DNA from: a virus
DNA: 64,000 nt
Strand: one strand, 5' to 3'
Virus record (IMG/VR): IMGVR_UViG_3300045995_000108
Location: 51,429-115,428 of that record
This document shows positions 37,776 to 46,631 of this stretch, piece by piece. Within the stretch, counting starts at the first letter, position 1; every line of letters starts with the position of its first letter. The position numbers and the translations under genes were made by a program. The notes under the pieces were generated by a model. It had not been told where the DNA came from, made no database searches, and saw only the letters and a list, made by a program, of their open reading frames with translations.

Positions 37776-38722
37776 ACATTTTAGTATTAGGCGCGGGTGG
37801 GTTCATTGGATCGCATTTAGTAAAAAGACTCAAAAGTGAAGGTCATTATGTCGTCGGTATGGACTTAAAATATCCTGATTTTGACACAACTCACGCAGAC
37901 GAGTTTATTATCACTGACTTGGCAGATGCAAGATCTCTTGTGTTCCCATACCTTGAGTTTGATGAGGTGTACCAACTTGCTGCTGACATGGGCGGAGCGA
38001 CCTACATATTCACAGGGATAAATGATTCGAACATTATGATGCATAGTGTTCGTATAAATTTAAATGTGCTTGACCACTTTAAGGACACAAAAGCAACAAT
38101 CTTCTATTCGTCATCTGCCTGCATTTACCCAGCACATAACCAGCTTGACCCGTCAGATCCTAATTTGGAAGAGTCTTCTGCATACCCAGCCAATCCAGAT
38201 TCTGAATACGGATGGGAAAAACTATTCTCTGAACGGCTGTATCTTGCACATGCAAAAAACCACGGGACTAAGGTTCGTATTGCACGTTACCACAATGTTT
38301 ATGGCCCATATGGCACGTTCGAAGGTGGTAAAGAAAAGGCACCTGCTGCAATATGCCGCAAAGTAATTCAATCCAACGGTGAGATTGAGATCATTGGTCC
38401 AGGATATCAAACACGTTCGTTTTTGTATATTGACGATTGCGTTGATGCAACGATTCAATTAGTACGTAGTGATGTTAACTTTCCTATTAACATCGGATCA
38501 GAAGAAATGGTATCAATCAACCAATTGGTGGACATTGCATCTGCGGTAGAAGGAAAGCAATTGATTAAAAAGCATGTATCTGGACCAGTTGGTGTCGCTG
38601 GCCGCAATTCTGACAATACGTTAATTGAACATTACTTAGGTTGGGAAAGAAAGAATACGTTGTCAGACGGTATCACCAAAACATACAAATGGATTAAATC
38701 CGTCATTGACTCCCGCGTCTAA
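37772..38722 (+). CDS. GDP-mannose 3,5-epimerase-like SDR
   Basis: GAGGFIG, LAADMGG, SSSACIYP, YGWEK, EKAPAAICRK. Confidence 0.85.
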   Translation: MNILVLGAGGFIGSHLVKRLKSEGHYVVGMDLKYPDFDTTHADEFIITDLADARSLVFPYLEFDEVYQLAADMGGATYIFTGINDSNIMMHSVRINLNVLDHFKDTKATIFYSSSACIYPAHNQLDPSDPNLEESSAYPANPDSEYGWEKLFSERLYLAHAKNHGTKVRIARYHNVYGPYGTFEGGKEKAPAAICRKVIQSNGEIEIIGPGYQTRSFLYIDDCVDATIQLVRSDVNFPINIGSEEMVSINQLVDIASAVEGKQLIKKHVSGPVGVAGRNSDNTLIEHYLGWERKNTLSDGITKTYKWIKSVIDSRV

Positions 38723-38752
38723 ATACAGTACAATAAACAATAGGAACAAAAC

Positions 38753-39451
38753 ATGGATAACAGTAAAAATCTTTCTCAATTAATCCGCCGCAAAATGCAA
38801 GGAAGTGGTAAACGCTTTTGGGCAGGCGACAACATTTCTGAATTCGTTAGCGAAGATGCAAAACAACTTCTGATTGACGAAGCTGCTGAAGCATTCGAAG
38901 GAGTGCTGGACGCTTTGTTAATTGATCGGGAGAATGATCCTAACAGCAAAGGCACTGCTCGTCGTCTTGCCAAAATGTACTACAACGAGATCATGTCTGG
39001 TCGTTACGATGCACCACCAGACTGCACTGCTTTCCCAAATGACAGCGATGACCGTTATGAAGGAATGTTGGTTGTTCGTTCAGAATTGAAGTCAATGTGC
39101 TCACACCACCACCAGCCCGTTTCTGGCACTGCGTACATTGGTATCATTGCTGCGCAAAAGCTAATTGGCTTGTCCAAGTATTCACGCATCGCGCAGTGGT
39201 GCGCATTGCGCGGCACATTGCAAGAAGAGTTATGCAACGACATCGCAAAAGAAATTGAAAAGGCAACTGGTTCTGAGAACATTGCAGTTTACATACAGGC
39301 CACACATGGATGCTGCGAAAACCGTGGAATAATGGCCCATTCGTCCCTAACACAAACAACTGTGCTCAAAGGATCATTTAAAAGCGACCCAGGCACTAAG
39401 AAAGAGTTTTTCGACAACATTAATCTACAGCAACAGTTCGCTCCACGATAA
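38753..39451 (+). CDS. folE: GTP cyclohydrolase I
   Basis: SMCSHH, IGLSK, LQEE, HGCCENRG. Confidence 0.95.
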   Translation: MDNSKNLSQLIRRKMQGSGKRFWAGDNISEFVSEDAKQLLIDEAAEAFEGVLDALLIDRENDPNSKGTARRLAKMYYNEIMSGRYDAPPDCTAFPNDSDDRYEGMLVVRSELKSMCSHHHQPVSGTAYIGIIAAQKLIGLSKYSRIAQWCALRGTLQEELCNDIAKEIEKATGSENIAVYIQATHGCCENRGIMAHSSLTQTTVLKGSFKSDPGTKKEFFDNINLQQQFAPR

Positions 39452-39457
39452 TCAAAG

Positions 39458-39486
39458 TTGACTGATAAATCACTTTATTGTACACT
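39458..39486 (+). promoter_or_regulatory. sigma70-type early promoter
   Basis: TTGACT-17-TACACT with the family spacer. Confidence 0.7.
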
Positions 39487-39517
39487 GTGATAATCAACAA
39501 CTCCTGGAGTATTTCTA

Positions 39518-40759
39518 ATGCGTAAATTAGGTCTTGCACTCGCCATTGCTGCTAGTGCATTTTTGGTGGCTTGTGGTGGGGGTGGAGGCGGTGGCAGTCC
39601 TGCAGCCGTGGCACCAACGCCAGTTTCAGTAACGTACAAAGCGTCTGACTGGAATGCAACAATTGCGTGGTGGGACGATTCGACAAATTCTGGGCAGACT
39701 GATGCCTTTGTTAAAGGGATGATTGACAACATTCTGGCAACGGGTTACAGTGGTGTTACATTTTCCTACAAAAACCCAATTGATATGTCGACTGGGCATG
39801 TGCCAGCTTTTGCCACTACAATGGCAAACAACACGCGAATGTTCGCAATGATGGACTATGCGTATTCAAAAGGGCTCAAGGTCAATATCAAAGAATATTG
39901 GACAATGCCTGACAACAGCAACGTCAACCAGTGGAGTGCAAACGATGCCGCAAATTGGTACGATAGTGCAACACCCAATGCGACAAAACCTTATGCCACT
40001 ACATTGCTGGCAGACATGGACACACATTTCACAGCACTTGCAAGCGTTGCACAAGCGCACCACGTGTCAATGATTATCATGGGGTCAGAAAATGACTTCC
40101 TCGCATATAACCAATATCACGCGAATTGGGCAAGTATGGTCTCGCACTTACGTGGCAATGGGTTCACAGGCAAGCTTACTTACGATGCAATTTGGCAAGG
40201 CAAGCAAGGCGAGGCTTTTTACAGTGTCACAGTTTGGGACTTGATGGACAAAGTTTGCTTGTCATTCTTCCCTGACTTCTCTGGTATGCCGCTTACAAAT
40301 GTACAGGATGTTGTTGCACGATGGTCTAGCGTTAACCTTGCGCAAGTTACAAGCCCCTACGCTGACTTGAATGACCCAAATACCCCATTCCCTAGCTATG
40401 TCGCTGAACTACTTGCCATTAGCCAAACTTGGCAAAACAAGGAAATTGTATTTGGTGAAAATGCATACGAGAATTCAGCTACTGCGCTGATGAACTGGAA
40501 CAGTGTGACTCAACTAGTTGCTGGCGGTGTGCAACACGATCCAGTGCAACGTCAATTGGCATTTGAAGCAGAACTGATTGTTCTAAAGACTCCAGTAGCG
40601 CAAGGCGGACTGAAAGGCGTAGTGACAGGCTTTAACTTGATGGGTTACGATCCTTGGGAATACGGTCCAGGACCAATGGCTGTATGGAAAGACTGGGAGC
40701 AACTGACGGGTACTACATCAGAAGCTACTCTTAAGACATATTTGCAAGCTGGACTCTAA
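39518..40759 (+). CDS. Lipoprotein, GH113-like TIM-barrel glycoside hydrolase
   Basis: Lipobox LVAC plus poly-Gly; IIMGSE, FTGKLTY, IVFGE. Confidence 0.6.
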   Translation: MRKLGLALAIAASAFLVACGGGGGGGSPAAVAPTPVSVTYKASDWNATIAWWDDSTNSGQTDAFVKGMIDNILATGYSGVTFSYKNPIDMSTGHVPAFATTMANNTRMFAMMDYAYSKGLKVNIKEYWTMPDNSNVNQWSANDAANWYDSATPNATKPYATTLLADMDTHFTALASVAQAHHVSMIIMGSENDFLAYNQYHANWASMVSHLRGNGFTGKLTYDAIWQGKQGEAFYSVTVWDLMDKVCLSFFPDFSGMPLTNVQDVVARWSSVNLAQVTSPYADLNDPNTPFPSYVAELLAISQTWQNKEIVFGENAYENSATALMNWNSVTQLVAGGVQHDPVQRQLAFEAELIVLKTPVAQGGLKGVVTGFNLMGYDPWEYGPGPMAVWKDWEQLTGTTSEATLKTYLQAGL

Positions 40760-41086
40760 ATGATAGCGTTACCTCCCGGTTGCACTGTCCCGTACACCGT
40801 CCAAATCACAGTTAGTGCACTAACTGACGAGATGATGGAATGGTACGAGATGGTAGGCGGGGAGGTTTCGTCTGTTAACACCAATACGTACAATCGCGCA
40901 AATAAAGAGATCGTAAATAAGCTAGTGCGTTACAATAACTCAAAATGGTGCCATCGTTTTATAGATGGTACAGGCAATGTGAGATTGAACTTTAGCGGAG
41001 AGGACGCTTATGTTGCAAGCGTCTTCCTCATTAAGTTTAACGACGAAATTGTGAATCATAACTTTCGCGAGCATGAGTACAAATGA
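40760..41086 (+). CDS. Hypothetical protein
   Basis: ORF. Confidence 0.65.
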   Translation: MIALPPGCTVPYTVQITVSALTDEMMEWYEMVGGEVSSVNTNTYNRANKEIVNKLVRYNNSKWCHRFIDGTGNVRLNFSGEDAYVASVFLIKFNDEIVNHNFREHEYK

Positions 41087-41095
41087 TAAATAAAA

Positions 41096-41160
41096 GTAGC
41101 GGTCTTGGCATTCACCCCGCTTGCATAAATTCTGTGGCCATGTTACAATACAACATAGGT
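41096..41160 (+). ncRNA. Candidate cis-regulatory pseudoknot RNA (preQ1-I-like topology)
   Basis: AGCGG/CCGCT stem, loop TGGC pairs with GCCA, competing anti-SD hairpin; upstream of denV-queD. Confidence 0.4.
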
Positions 41161-41167
41161 AATCACA

Positions 41168-41569
41168 GTGACTCGCATAAACTCTAATCTTGACCCAAAA
41201 TCTCTCAAGCGTATGCATTTGGTTGCAGAGCTGCGAGAGATCACAATGGTCCCGGCTGCACTACGCCGTTCTTTGCGCACTATACAACCGCAAACCATCA
41301 AACAGAGTATTCCCAAGCAGTTTACTTTGAACGCAGGCCACGTTAAATTCTTTTACGATAAACTTGGATTCTTGCAAAAACGGTTCAACCGTTTAGCAGA
41401 TGAAATGGTGCGCAGAGGTTATTCCCCTGATCGCAGTCGCATCAAAGCATTTGACGGATTTGACAGAATGTGGTATAATGATTGGGATAGCACAGACACT
41501 GATGACAAAATTGTTGTAGAACGCATTAACTTCCGTATCTCACAAAAACCACATTTATACAAGGATTAA
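41168..41569 (+). CDS. denV: Pyrimidine dimer DNA glycosylase (endonuclease V)
   Basis: MTRIN, HLVAELREI, FTL..GHVKFFYDKL, EMVRRG. Confidence 0.9.
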   Translation: MTRINSNLDPKSLKRMHLVAELREITMVPAALRRSLRTIQPQTIKQSIPKQFTLNAGHVKFFYDKLGFLQKRFNRLADEMVRRGYSPDRSRIKAFDGFDRMWYNDWDSTDTDDKIVVERINFRISQKPHLYKD

Positions 41570-41570
41570 C

Positions 41571-42068
41571 ATGACACCCGTTTCTTACAAATTCACTTCC
41601 ACAAAAGAATACATTGACGCTTTCCCATGTGCATATCGCCAATGGCGATCTGACTCGCACTGCAACCTGATTCACGGCTACTCGTTTAGCATGAAGTTCT
41701 ACTTTGGCACAAACGACCTCGACGCACGTAACTGGGCAGCTGACTACGGTGGACTAAAAGAGCTTAAGAAGATTTTGGAATCGCAATTTGACCATACTCT
41801 CATCGTGGCGCAAGATGATCCAGATATGGAAACATTCAAGTTGCTGCAAGACAAAGGCATGGCTAAGATTGTTGTGCTGCCTGCACTTGGTTGTGAAGCA
41901 CTTGCTGACATGCTGTACAAGTATGTGAACGGTGTTTACATTCCGGAAATGTGGGGAGAAGGTGAAGCAAAGCGTCTTTGGTGCTACAAAGTGGAAGTTC
42001 GCGAGACACAAGCTAATATGGCTTATCGTGAGGGTCACCGTGAGTGGAACGAGGACTTGCTTGCATAA
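41571..42068 (+). CDS. queD: 6-carboxytetrahydropterin synthase
   Basis: HCNLIHGY, FDH, GCE, VEVRET. Confidence 0.85.
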   Translation: MTPVSYKFTSTKEYIDAFPCAYRQWRSDSHCNLIHGYSFSMKFYFGTNDLDARNWAADYGGLKELKKILESQFDHTLIVAQDDPDMETFKLLQDKGMAKIVVLPALGCEALADMLYKYVNGVYIPEMWGEGEAKRLWCYKVEVRETQANMAYREGHREWNEDLLA

Positions 42069-42241
42069 TGGATCTTAGTACAGAAGAAATGGAAAGAATT
42101 CTCACTCCTAAAGAGGAGGAGCAGACTTTCCTTATTTTGCAAAACAAATGTCCACACAATGGCGGATGGCGCCATGATGGGCACGGACATAACGATGACG
42201 CATACGTTTGCCTTAAATGTGGCGAAACTAAATGGTGGTAA
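42068..42241 (+). CDS. Small zinc-ribbon protein
   Basis: CPH...CLKC. Confidence 0.55.
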   Translation: MDLSTEEMERILTPKEEEQTFLILQNKCPHNGGWRHDGHGHNDDAYVCLKCGETKWW

Positions 42242-42242
42242 A

Positions 42243-42437
42243 ATGGACATACAAGAATTGTTAGATCAAGAAGCCACACTGAGTAACACAGGCAAAGGCA
42301 AAAGTAATGAGCGTATGGAAATACATACGCTCATTAGGCTGCAACGTTTCCAGCCTGCGCCTATGTGCTTTGGTCACGATGATTGTGGCACTGATAGGCT
42401 ATCTATGTGCCCGTGGAGAATGGATTGCGGAACATGA
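42243..42437 (+). CDS. Hypothetical protein
   Basis: Cys-rich C-terminus. Confidence 0.5.
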   Translation: MDIQELLDQEATLSNTGKGKSNERMEIHTLIRLQRFQPAPMCFGHDDCGTDRLSMCPWRMDCGT

Positions 42438-42550
42438 AAACATTTTGCAAAATAGTAACACCTATTCTTGTGGTGATAGCTGCGATTGCATCAGCTTATG
42501 CCATGGTGGTATATGGTGTCAATGACAACAACCTACCACCAAAGTTATGA
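42434..42550 (+). CDS. Small membrane peptide (38 aa)
   Basis: ATGA-coupled at both ends. Confidence 0.45.
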   Translation: MKTFCKIVTPILVVIAAIASAYAMVVYGVNDNNLPPKL

Positions 42551-42720
42551 AACGGTATACATTTGAATTGACAGTTACAGAAGGTAACAGCGAGTTTTGG
42601 GAAGAGATTCTCGAAAAAGGTAACACAGGCTGCGATGACTTGCTTGAGCAGTTGAAAGACGCTTTAGCAGAACACGGATTTGAGCCCGAGGTTAAACTTG
42701 TGAAGTACGAGGACAAATAA
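42547..42720 (+). CDS. Hypothetical protein (57 aa)
   Basis: Manual translation MKRYTFELTVTEGNSEFWEE... Confidence 0.55.
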   Translation: MKRYTFELTVTEGNSEFWEEILEKGNTGCDDLLEQLKDALAEHGFEPEVKLVKYEDK

Positions 42721-42905
42721 TGAAATACAAACTGGCTTTTGTTAAAGAGTGTAAAGAGTATCGACATGACTTTTGGTACAAAGATGAACTGAAAGAGTTG
42801 ATGGCGAGACACGGCATGAACGAGTTATACGAATCAAAAATAAAACCAGTTCGTAATAACAGGTGGAATCCTAACGAAATATTTGAAGCATTGGAACAAG
42901 AATGA
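42720..42905 (+). CDS. Hypothetical protein
   Basis: Coupled ORF. Confidence 0.55.
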   Translation: MKYKLAFVKECKEYRHDFWYKDELKELMARHGMNELYESKIKPVRNNRWNPNEIFEALEQE

Positions 42906-43129
42906 ACGAACGAATTAAAGAACTTGCTGATCAGGCTTGGCAATATGCCGACAAATACAGCCACGATGGTGATGGCAGACACGGCCACTTGTATCGTAAT
43001 AAGTTCGCCGAGTTGATTGTTCAGGAATGTTGCAGCATTGTCTTGAATACTGAAATCGAGACAAATAATAATGCAATGCTTCGTGGCGAAATTGCATCTA
43101 GGCTTGTGAAATTTATTAAGGAGAATTAA
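42902..43129 (+). CDS. Hypothetical phage protein (MNERIKELA/KFAELIV type)
   Basis: Recurrent small phage family pattern. Confidence 0.65.
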   Translation: MNERIKELADQAWQYADKYSHDGDGRHGHLYRNKFAELIVQECCSIVLNTEIETNNNAMLRGEIASRLVKFIKEN

Positions 43130-43130
43130 A

Positions 43131-44012
43131 ATTTTTGGAACTAATGAAATTATCGGCAAGAAATTTTTCCGGGACGCACCAGCAAACAGCTTGTTTGTGA
43201 CAAGTATGTTCTTCACGTTGCAAGGTGAAGGTCCATACGCTGGTATGCCTGCGTTATTCATCCGTCTTGCAAAGTGCAACCTTGATTGCAGCTTCTGTGA
43301 CACATTCTTTGACGATGGCGATTGGATGACGTTTGACGAGATCGACGAGAAAGTGATTGAAACCATTTCCCGTTACTGGACTGATAAAAACGAAGAAGTG
43401 CCAGACTGGGCAATTAGCCACAAAACATTCGGCCCAGTACATCCTGGTGTTGTGCTTGTTATGACTGGTGGTGAACCATTACTCCAAGAAAACATCTCCC
43501 TGTTTATGACTGGTATGTTGCCAATCTTCAAAGCTGTGCAAGTCGAAAGCAACGGCATTCCTGACACCGTAGTACCAGCTGGCGTTACGCTGGTCTGTTC
43601 ACCCAAGTGTATGGAAAAGAACGGTGTTGCTACTAAGTATTTCTCGCCATCCAAAACTATTTTGGACCGTGCAGACTGTCTCAAGTTTGTAATGAGCGCA
43701 GATGAAGGCAGTCCTTACCACAGTGTACCAGAATGGGCACACGAGTGGAAAGAACGGACCGGCAAAGATATCTATTGCAGCCCGATGAACATTTACAATT
43801 CTTTCCCGCAGCAAATCAAATTGCTACGAGCAGAGAAGGGTGTTATTACGATGGCAGAGCGTTCCACAGTTGACGAGGTCATCTCGTGGTGGGAACCGGG
43901 ATTGCTTGACATGGCAAAGAACGAAGCGAACCATCGTTATGTTGGGCAATACTGTATGCAGCATGGATTCAAGATGCAGATGCAGATGCACTTGTTTGCG
44001 AGTTTAGCATAA
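43131..44012 (+). CDS. queE: 7-carboxy-7-deazaguanine synthase (probable ATT start)
   Basis: TLQGEGP, FIRLAKCNLDCSFCDT, TGGEP, ESNG, CSPK, QMH. Confidence 0.9.
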   Translation: MFGTNEIIGKKFFRDAPANSLFVTSMFFTLQGEGPYAGMPALFIRLAKCNLDCSFCDTFFDDGDWMTFDEIDEKVIETISRYWTDKNEEVPDWAISHKTFGPVHPGVVLVMTGGEPLLQENISLFMTGMLPIFKAVQVESNGIPDTVVPAGVTLVCSPKCMEKNGVATKYFSPSKTILDRADCLKFVMSADEGSPYHSVPEWAHEWKERTGKDIYCSPMNIYNSFPQQIKLLRAEKGVITMAERSTVDEVISWWEPGLLDMAKNEANHRYVGQYCMQHGFKMQMQMHLFASLA

Positions 44013-44137
44013 TGCAACTTACTGCCATCCCATTAGATAAAGACAACAGAATGCTACGTATTGGCTTTGGTAAAAACAACGGCAGTTGGTTTGCTAGAGT
44101 CGATCTGTGGTGCATCGGATTTAGGATTACAAAATGA
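44012..44137 (+). CDS. Small hypothetical protein (41 aa)
   Basis: Coupled at both ends. Confidence 0.45.
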   Translation: MQLTAIPLDKDNRMLRIGFGKNNGSWFARVDLWCIGFRITK

Positions 44138-44364
44138 CACCAGGACAAATATTCAACAAGCGTGTAAGCATTCAGGTAAAGATCTCAACTTGGCAAGCAA
44201 AGATGAAAGAGTTGCAAGATCAGTGCAAGCACGTGAAGGCTGAGCATGTAAACAAAGCATCAACTGGCAACTACGATCCGTCAGCTGATTCGTATTGGAC
44301 TGATCACAAGTGTCCCTCATGTGGTAAGGTTTGGCAAACGGATCAAAAGTGGGATCGCAAATGA
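44134..44364 (+). CDS. Zinc-ribbon hypothetical protein
   Basis: CKH...CPSC. Confidence 0.6.
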   Translation: MTPGQIFNKRVSIQVKISTWQAKMKELQDQCKHVKAEHVNKASTGNYDPSADSYWTDHKCPSCGKVWQTDQKWDRK

Positions 44365-44648
44365 ATCATAACATCGGGGTAACAGGCAAAACAACTATGG
44401 GAACAGGCGCTTATTACGCTCCGTATCAGCCACTGCTGAACTTAGATAAAAACATCATGTTCTACAATAAAGCAGTTTGGAAGTTGTCATTTGCATTTTT
44501 GCCTCGTCGTTGTGCAATAAGTAATAAGCGTATATGGCTAAAGTACGGTTACGAAGGTATAGCAACCACTTATTATCGTGGAACTGCGGATACTGAGACT
44601 AGATGGCACGACAAGATAGAACACATAATTTTTCAATTAAAGAGGTAA
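44361..44648 (+). CDS. Hypothetical protein
   Basis: Coupled ORF. Confidence 0.6.
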   Translation: MNHNIGVTGKTTMGTGAYYAPYQPLLNLDKNIMFYNKAVWKLSFAFLPRRCAISNKRIWLKYGYEGIATTYYRGTADTETRWHDKIEHIIFQLKR

Positions 44649-44649
44649 C

Positions 44650-45072
44650 ATGGCAACTAAAGCAACACCAGCAGCTAAAAAAGTAGCTGCAAAGAAAGCG
44701 ACACCAGCAAAGAAGGTCGCAACACCAAAGCCTGCGGCAAAAAAGACTACAGTAAAGGGCCTTTCGCCCAAAGAACGTGCAACAAAAATCGGAGAGCCTT
44801 ATGTGGAGATCCTTAGCGTTGAGCTTGACCCAGACAATATTGGTAACGGTGCATTTGAGATTGATTGGAATGAACTCTTTCTGGCAAAGCTTATCCGCGC
44901 GGGTTACCAAGGCAAAACGGATGCTGACATTGTAGACAATTGGTTCAAGACCATTTGCCGCAACATTCTCGCAGAGGAATACGAGCAGTGGGAAGCAAAC
45001 CAACCACTTGGTGATAGACCGCGGGTAGTAGAGCGCAGGGAACTCGGAGACGGCAAAGTAGAGGTGTCTTAG
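44650..45072 (+). CDS. Conserved hypothetical protein with Lys/Ala-rich N-tail
   Basis: GAGG RBS; AKKV repeats. Confidence 0.7.
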   Translation: MATKATPAAKKVAAKKATPAKKVATPKPAAKKTTVKGLSPKERATKIGEPYVEILSVELDPDNIGNGAFEIDWNELFLAKLIRAGYQGKTDADIVDNWFKTICRNILAEEYEQWEANQPLGDRPRVVERRELGDGKVEVS

Positions 45073-46409
45073 TGGCAAATCGAGAGAACATATATTGGAA
45101 GAGTAACATCTTCCCGTATAGCTGGTTGCCATATGGGGAAACTGTGACTTGGTCAGGCACTGACACTCTGGAGAACTTCAAGAATAATCCAGATAAAAAG
45201 TATTCAATTGAAGATGTAAGTTACAAGTACAATAAGCACGGATTTAGAACTAAAAATCTAGAAGAGTATGTGGGTAAAAAAGTCAATATCGCACTTGGTT
45301 GTAGTTTCACCGAGGGCGTAGGCTTACCCGAACATGAGGTATGGCCCAGTCTAGTAGAGCAAGCGACGGACCTCCCCATGATTAACCTAGGCCTAGGTGG
45401 CGCTGCAACTGACACTGTCGCACGAATTCTTACCAACGTGGCAGATATGTTTGATGTACAAACTGTGTATATTCTCTGGCCCCCGTATGCTAGGTTTGAA
45501 TATTTTGAATGTAGCGAAGGTTTGCTAGTAATGAGTGCGGGGGAAGCTACGGTTGAGCATGTATGGAATTTAGATGAGTTTAACTCGCTCCAACGATATT
45601 ACAAGAATAAATTTATAGTAGACACAGTAGCAAAACTGCACGGATTCACAGTCGTTTCGCAGTCATGGGATCAATTCGATTTGATCTTTAGGGAGCAGCC
45701 GCTAACACACGCCCGCGACGGCAAGCACCCAGGGGCACCAAGTCAAAAGATTATTGCGGATAGATTTTTATCACATTCCAAAGAAACAATTTATGTCAAT
45801 GGTGAGGCATCTAGTTTAGCTTATCACCTTGGCGGAATGTCGGCTAGCTACGGATCAAACATAGCATTTCAGTTAAACTCTTTGCTTGTATGTGATGCAG
45901 CGCATGGCAAGACAAACGAAGAAATTGCAGAATCAACTCTGCAATATATCAAAGAAGTCAAACCTGCATATGTCATCATCGGATGGAATACATGGGAAGC
46001 CGAAATGTGGGAGCACAGTGGACAACGCTACATTATTGCTGGCGGCTGCGATGCAACTGATTATCCCAAACCTTTGCGTAGTAGATTCACTGAATGGAAA
46101 AATAGCTTGTACAGCGACAAAAGTATTCGGGTGTCAGAAGAAAAAAGTCACAACATTATTTGGGATCTGCACTGCACTTTAAAAGATGCGGGTATCAAAC
46201 ATCTATTTTTTAACACGTTGGCTCACCTTAGCACCATCAAAGACAAGCGCAATTGGGAAGGGTGTTATATAGAACCATATAATGCTAATTACACCATTCA
46301 TAAATGGTGCACCAATAATGTGAAGGAAAAATCAATCACGTATGCACTTAGCTTAGAAGATCATGACGCCTGGGCCGATTTCCTTCTACCAAAATTAAAT
46401 GAGCTATAA
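45072..46409 (+). CDS. Tandem SGNH/GDSL-like hydrolase domains
   Basis: ALGCSFTEG, NLGLGG, RDGKHPG; second domain degenerate. Confidence 0.55.
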   Translation: MANRENIYWKSNIFPYSWLPYGETVTWSGTDTLENFKNNPDKKYSIEDVSYKYNKHGFRTKNLEEYVGKKVNIALGCSFTEGVGLPEHEVWPSLVEQATDLPMINLGLGGAATDTVARILTNVADMFDVQTVYILWPPYARFEYFECSEGLLVMSAGEATVEHVWNLDEFNSLQRYYKNKFIVDTVAKLHGFTVVSQSWDQFDLIFREQPLTHARDGKHPGAPSQKIIADRFLSHSKETIYVNGEASSLAYHLGGMSASYGSNIAFQLNSLLVCDAAHGKTNEEIAESTLQYIKEVKPAYVIIGWNTWEAEMWEHSGQRYIIAGGCDATDYPKPLRSRFTEWKNSLYSDKSIRVSEEKSHNIIWDLHCTLKDAGIKHLFFNTLAHLSTIKDKRNWEGCYIEPYNANYTIHKWCTNNVKEKSITYALSLEDHDAWADFLLPKLNEL

Positions 46410-46614
46410 GTATTTCACTGTTGATATGCCTCGCCAAAAAGTGGCAGACATCTTGAGCGTTGCCATTTCCCCACAACGGTTCTACCATCATGATCGCCAA
46501 GGTGGTATAGATTGGCGGGTCGATACCATTCTAAGTGCCAACGGCCAAACCAAAATCACACTTCACGACGATGTAGATGATTCGGTGATATCGTACTTGT
46601 TGCTTAAACAATAA
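46399..46614 (+). CDS. Hypothetical protein
   Basis: ORF. Confidence 0.55.
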   Translation: MSYKYFTVDMPRQKVADILSVAISPQRFYHHDRQGGIDWRVDTILSANGQTKITLHDDVDDSVISYLLLKQ

Positions 46615-46631
46615 TATGCTATACTGGTAAC

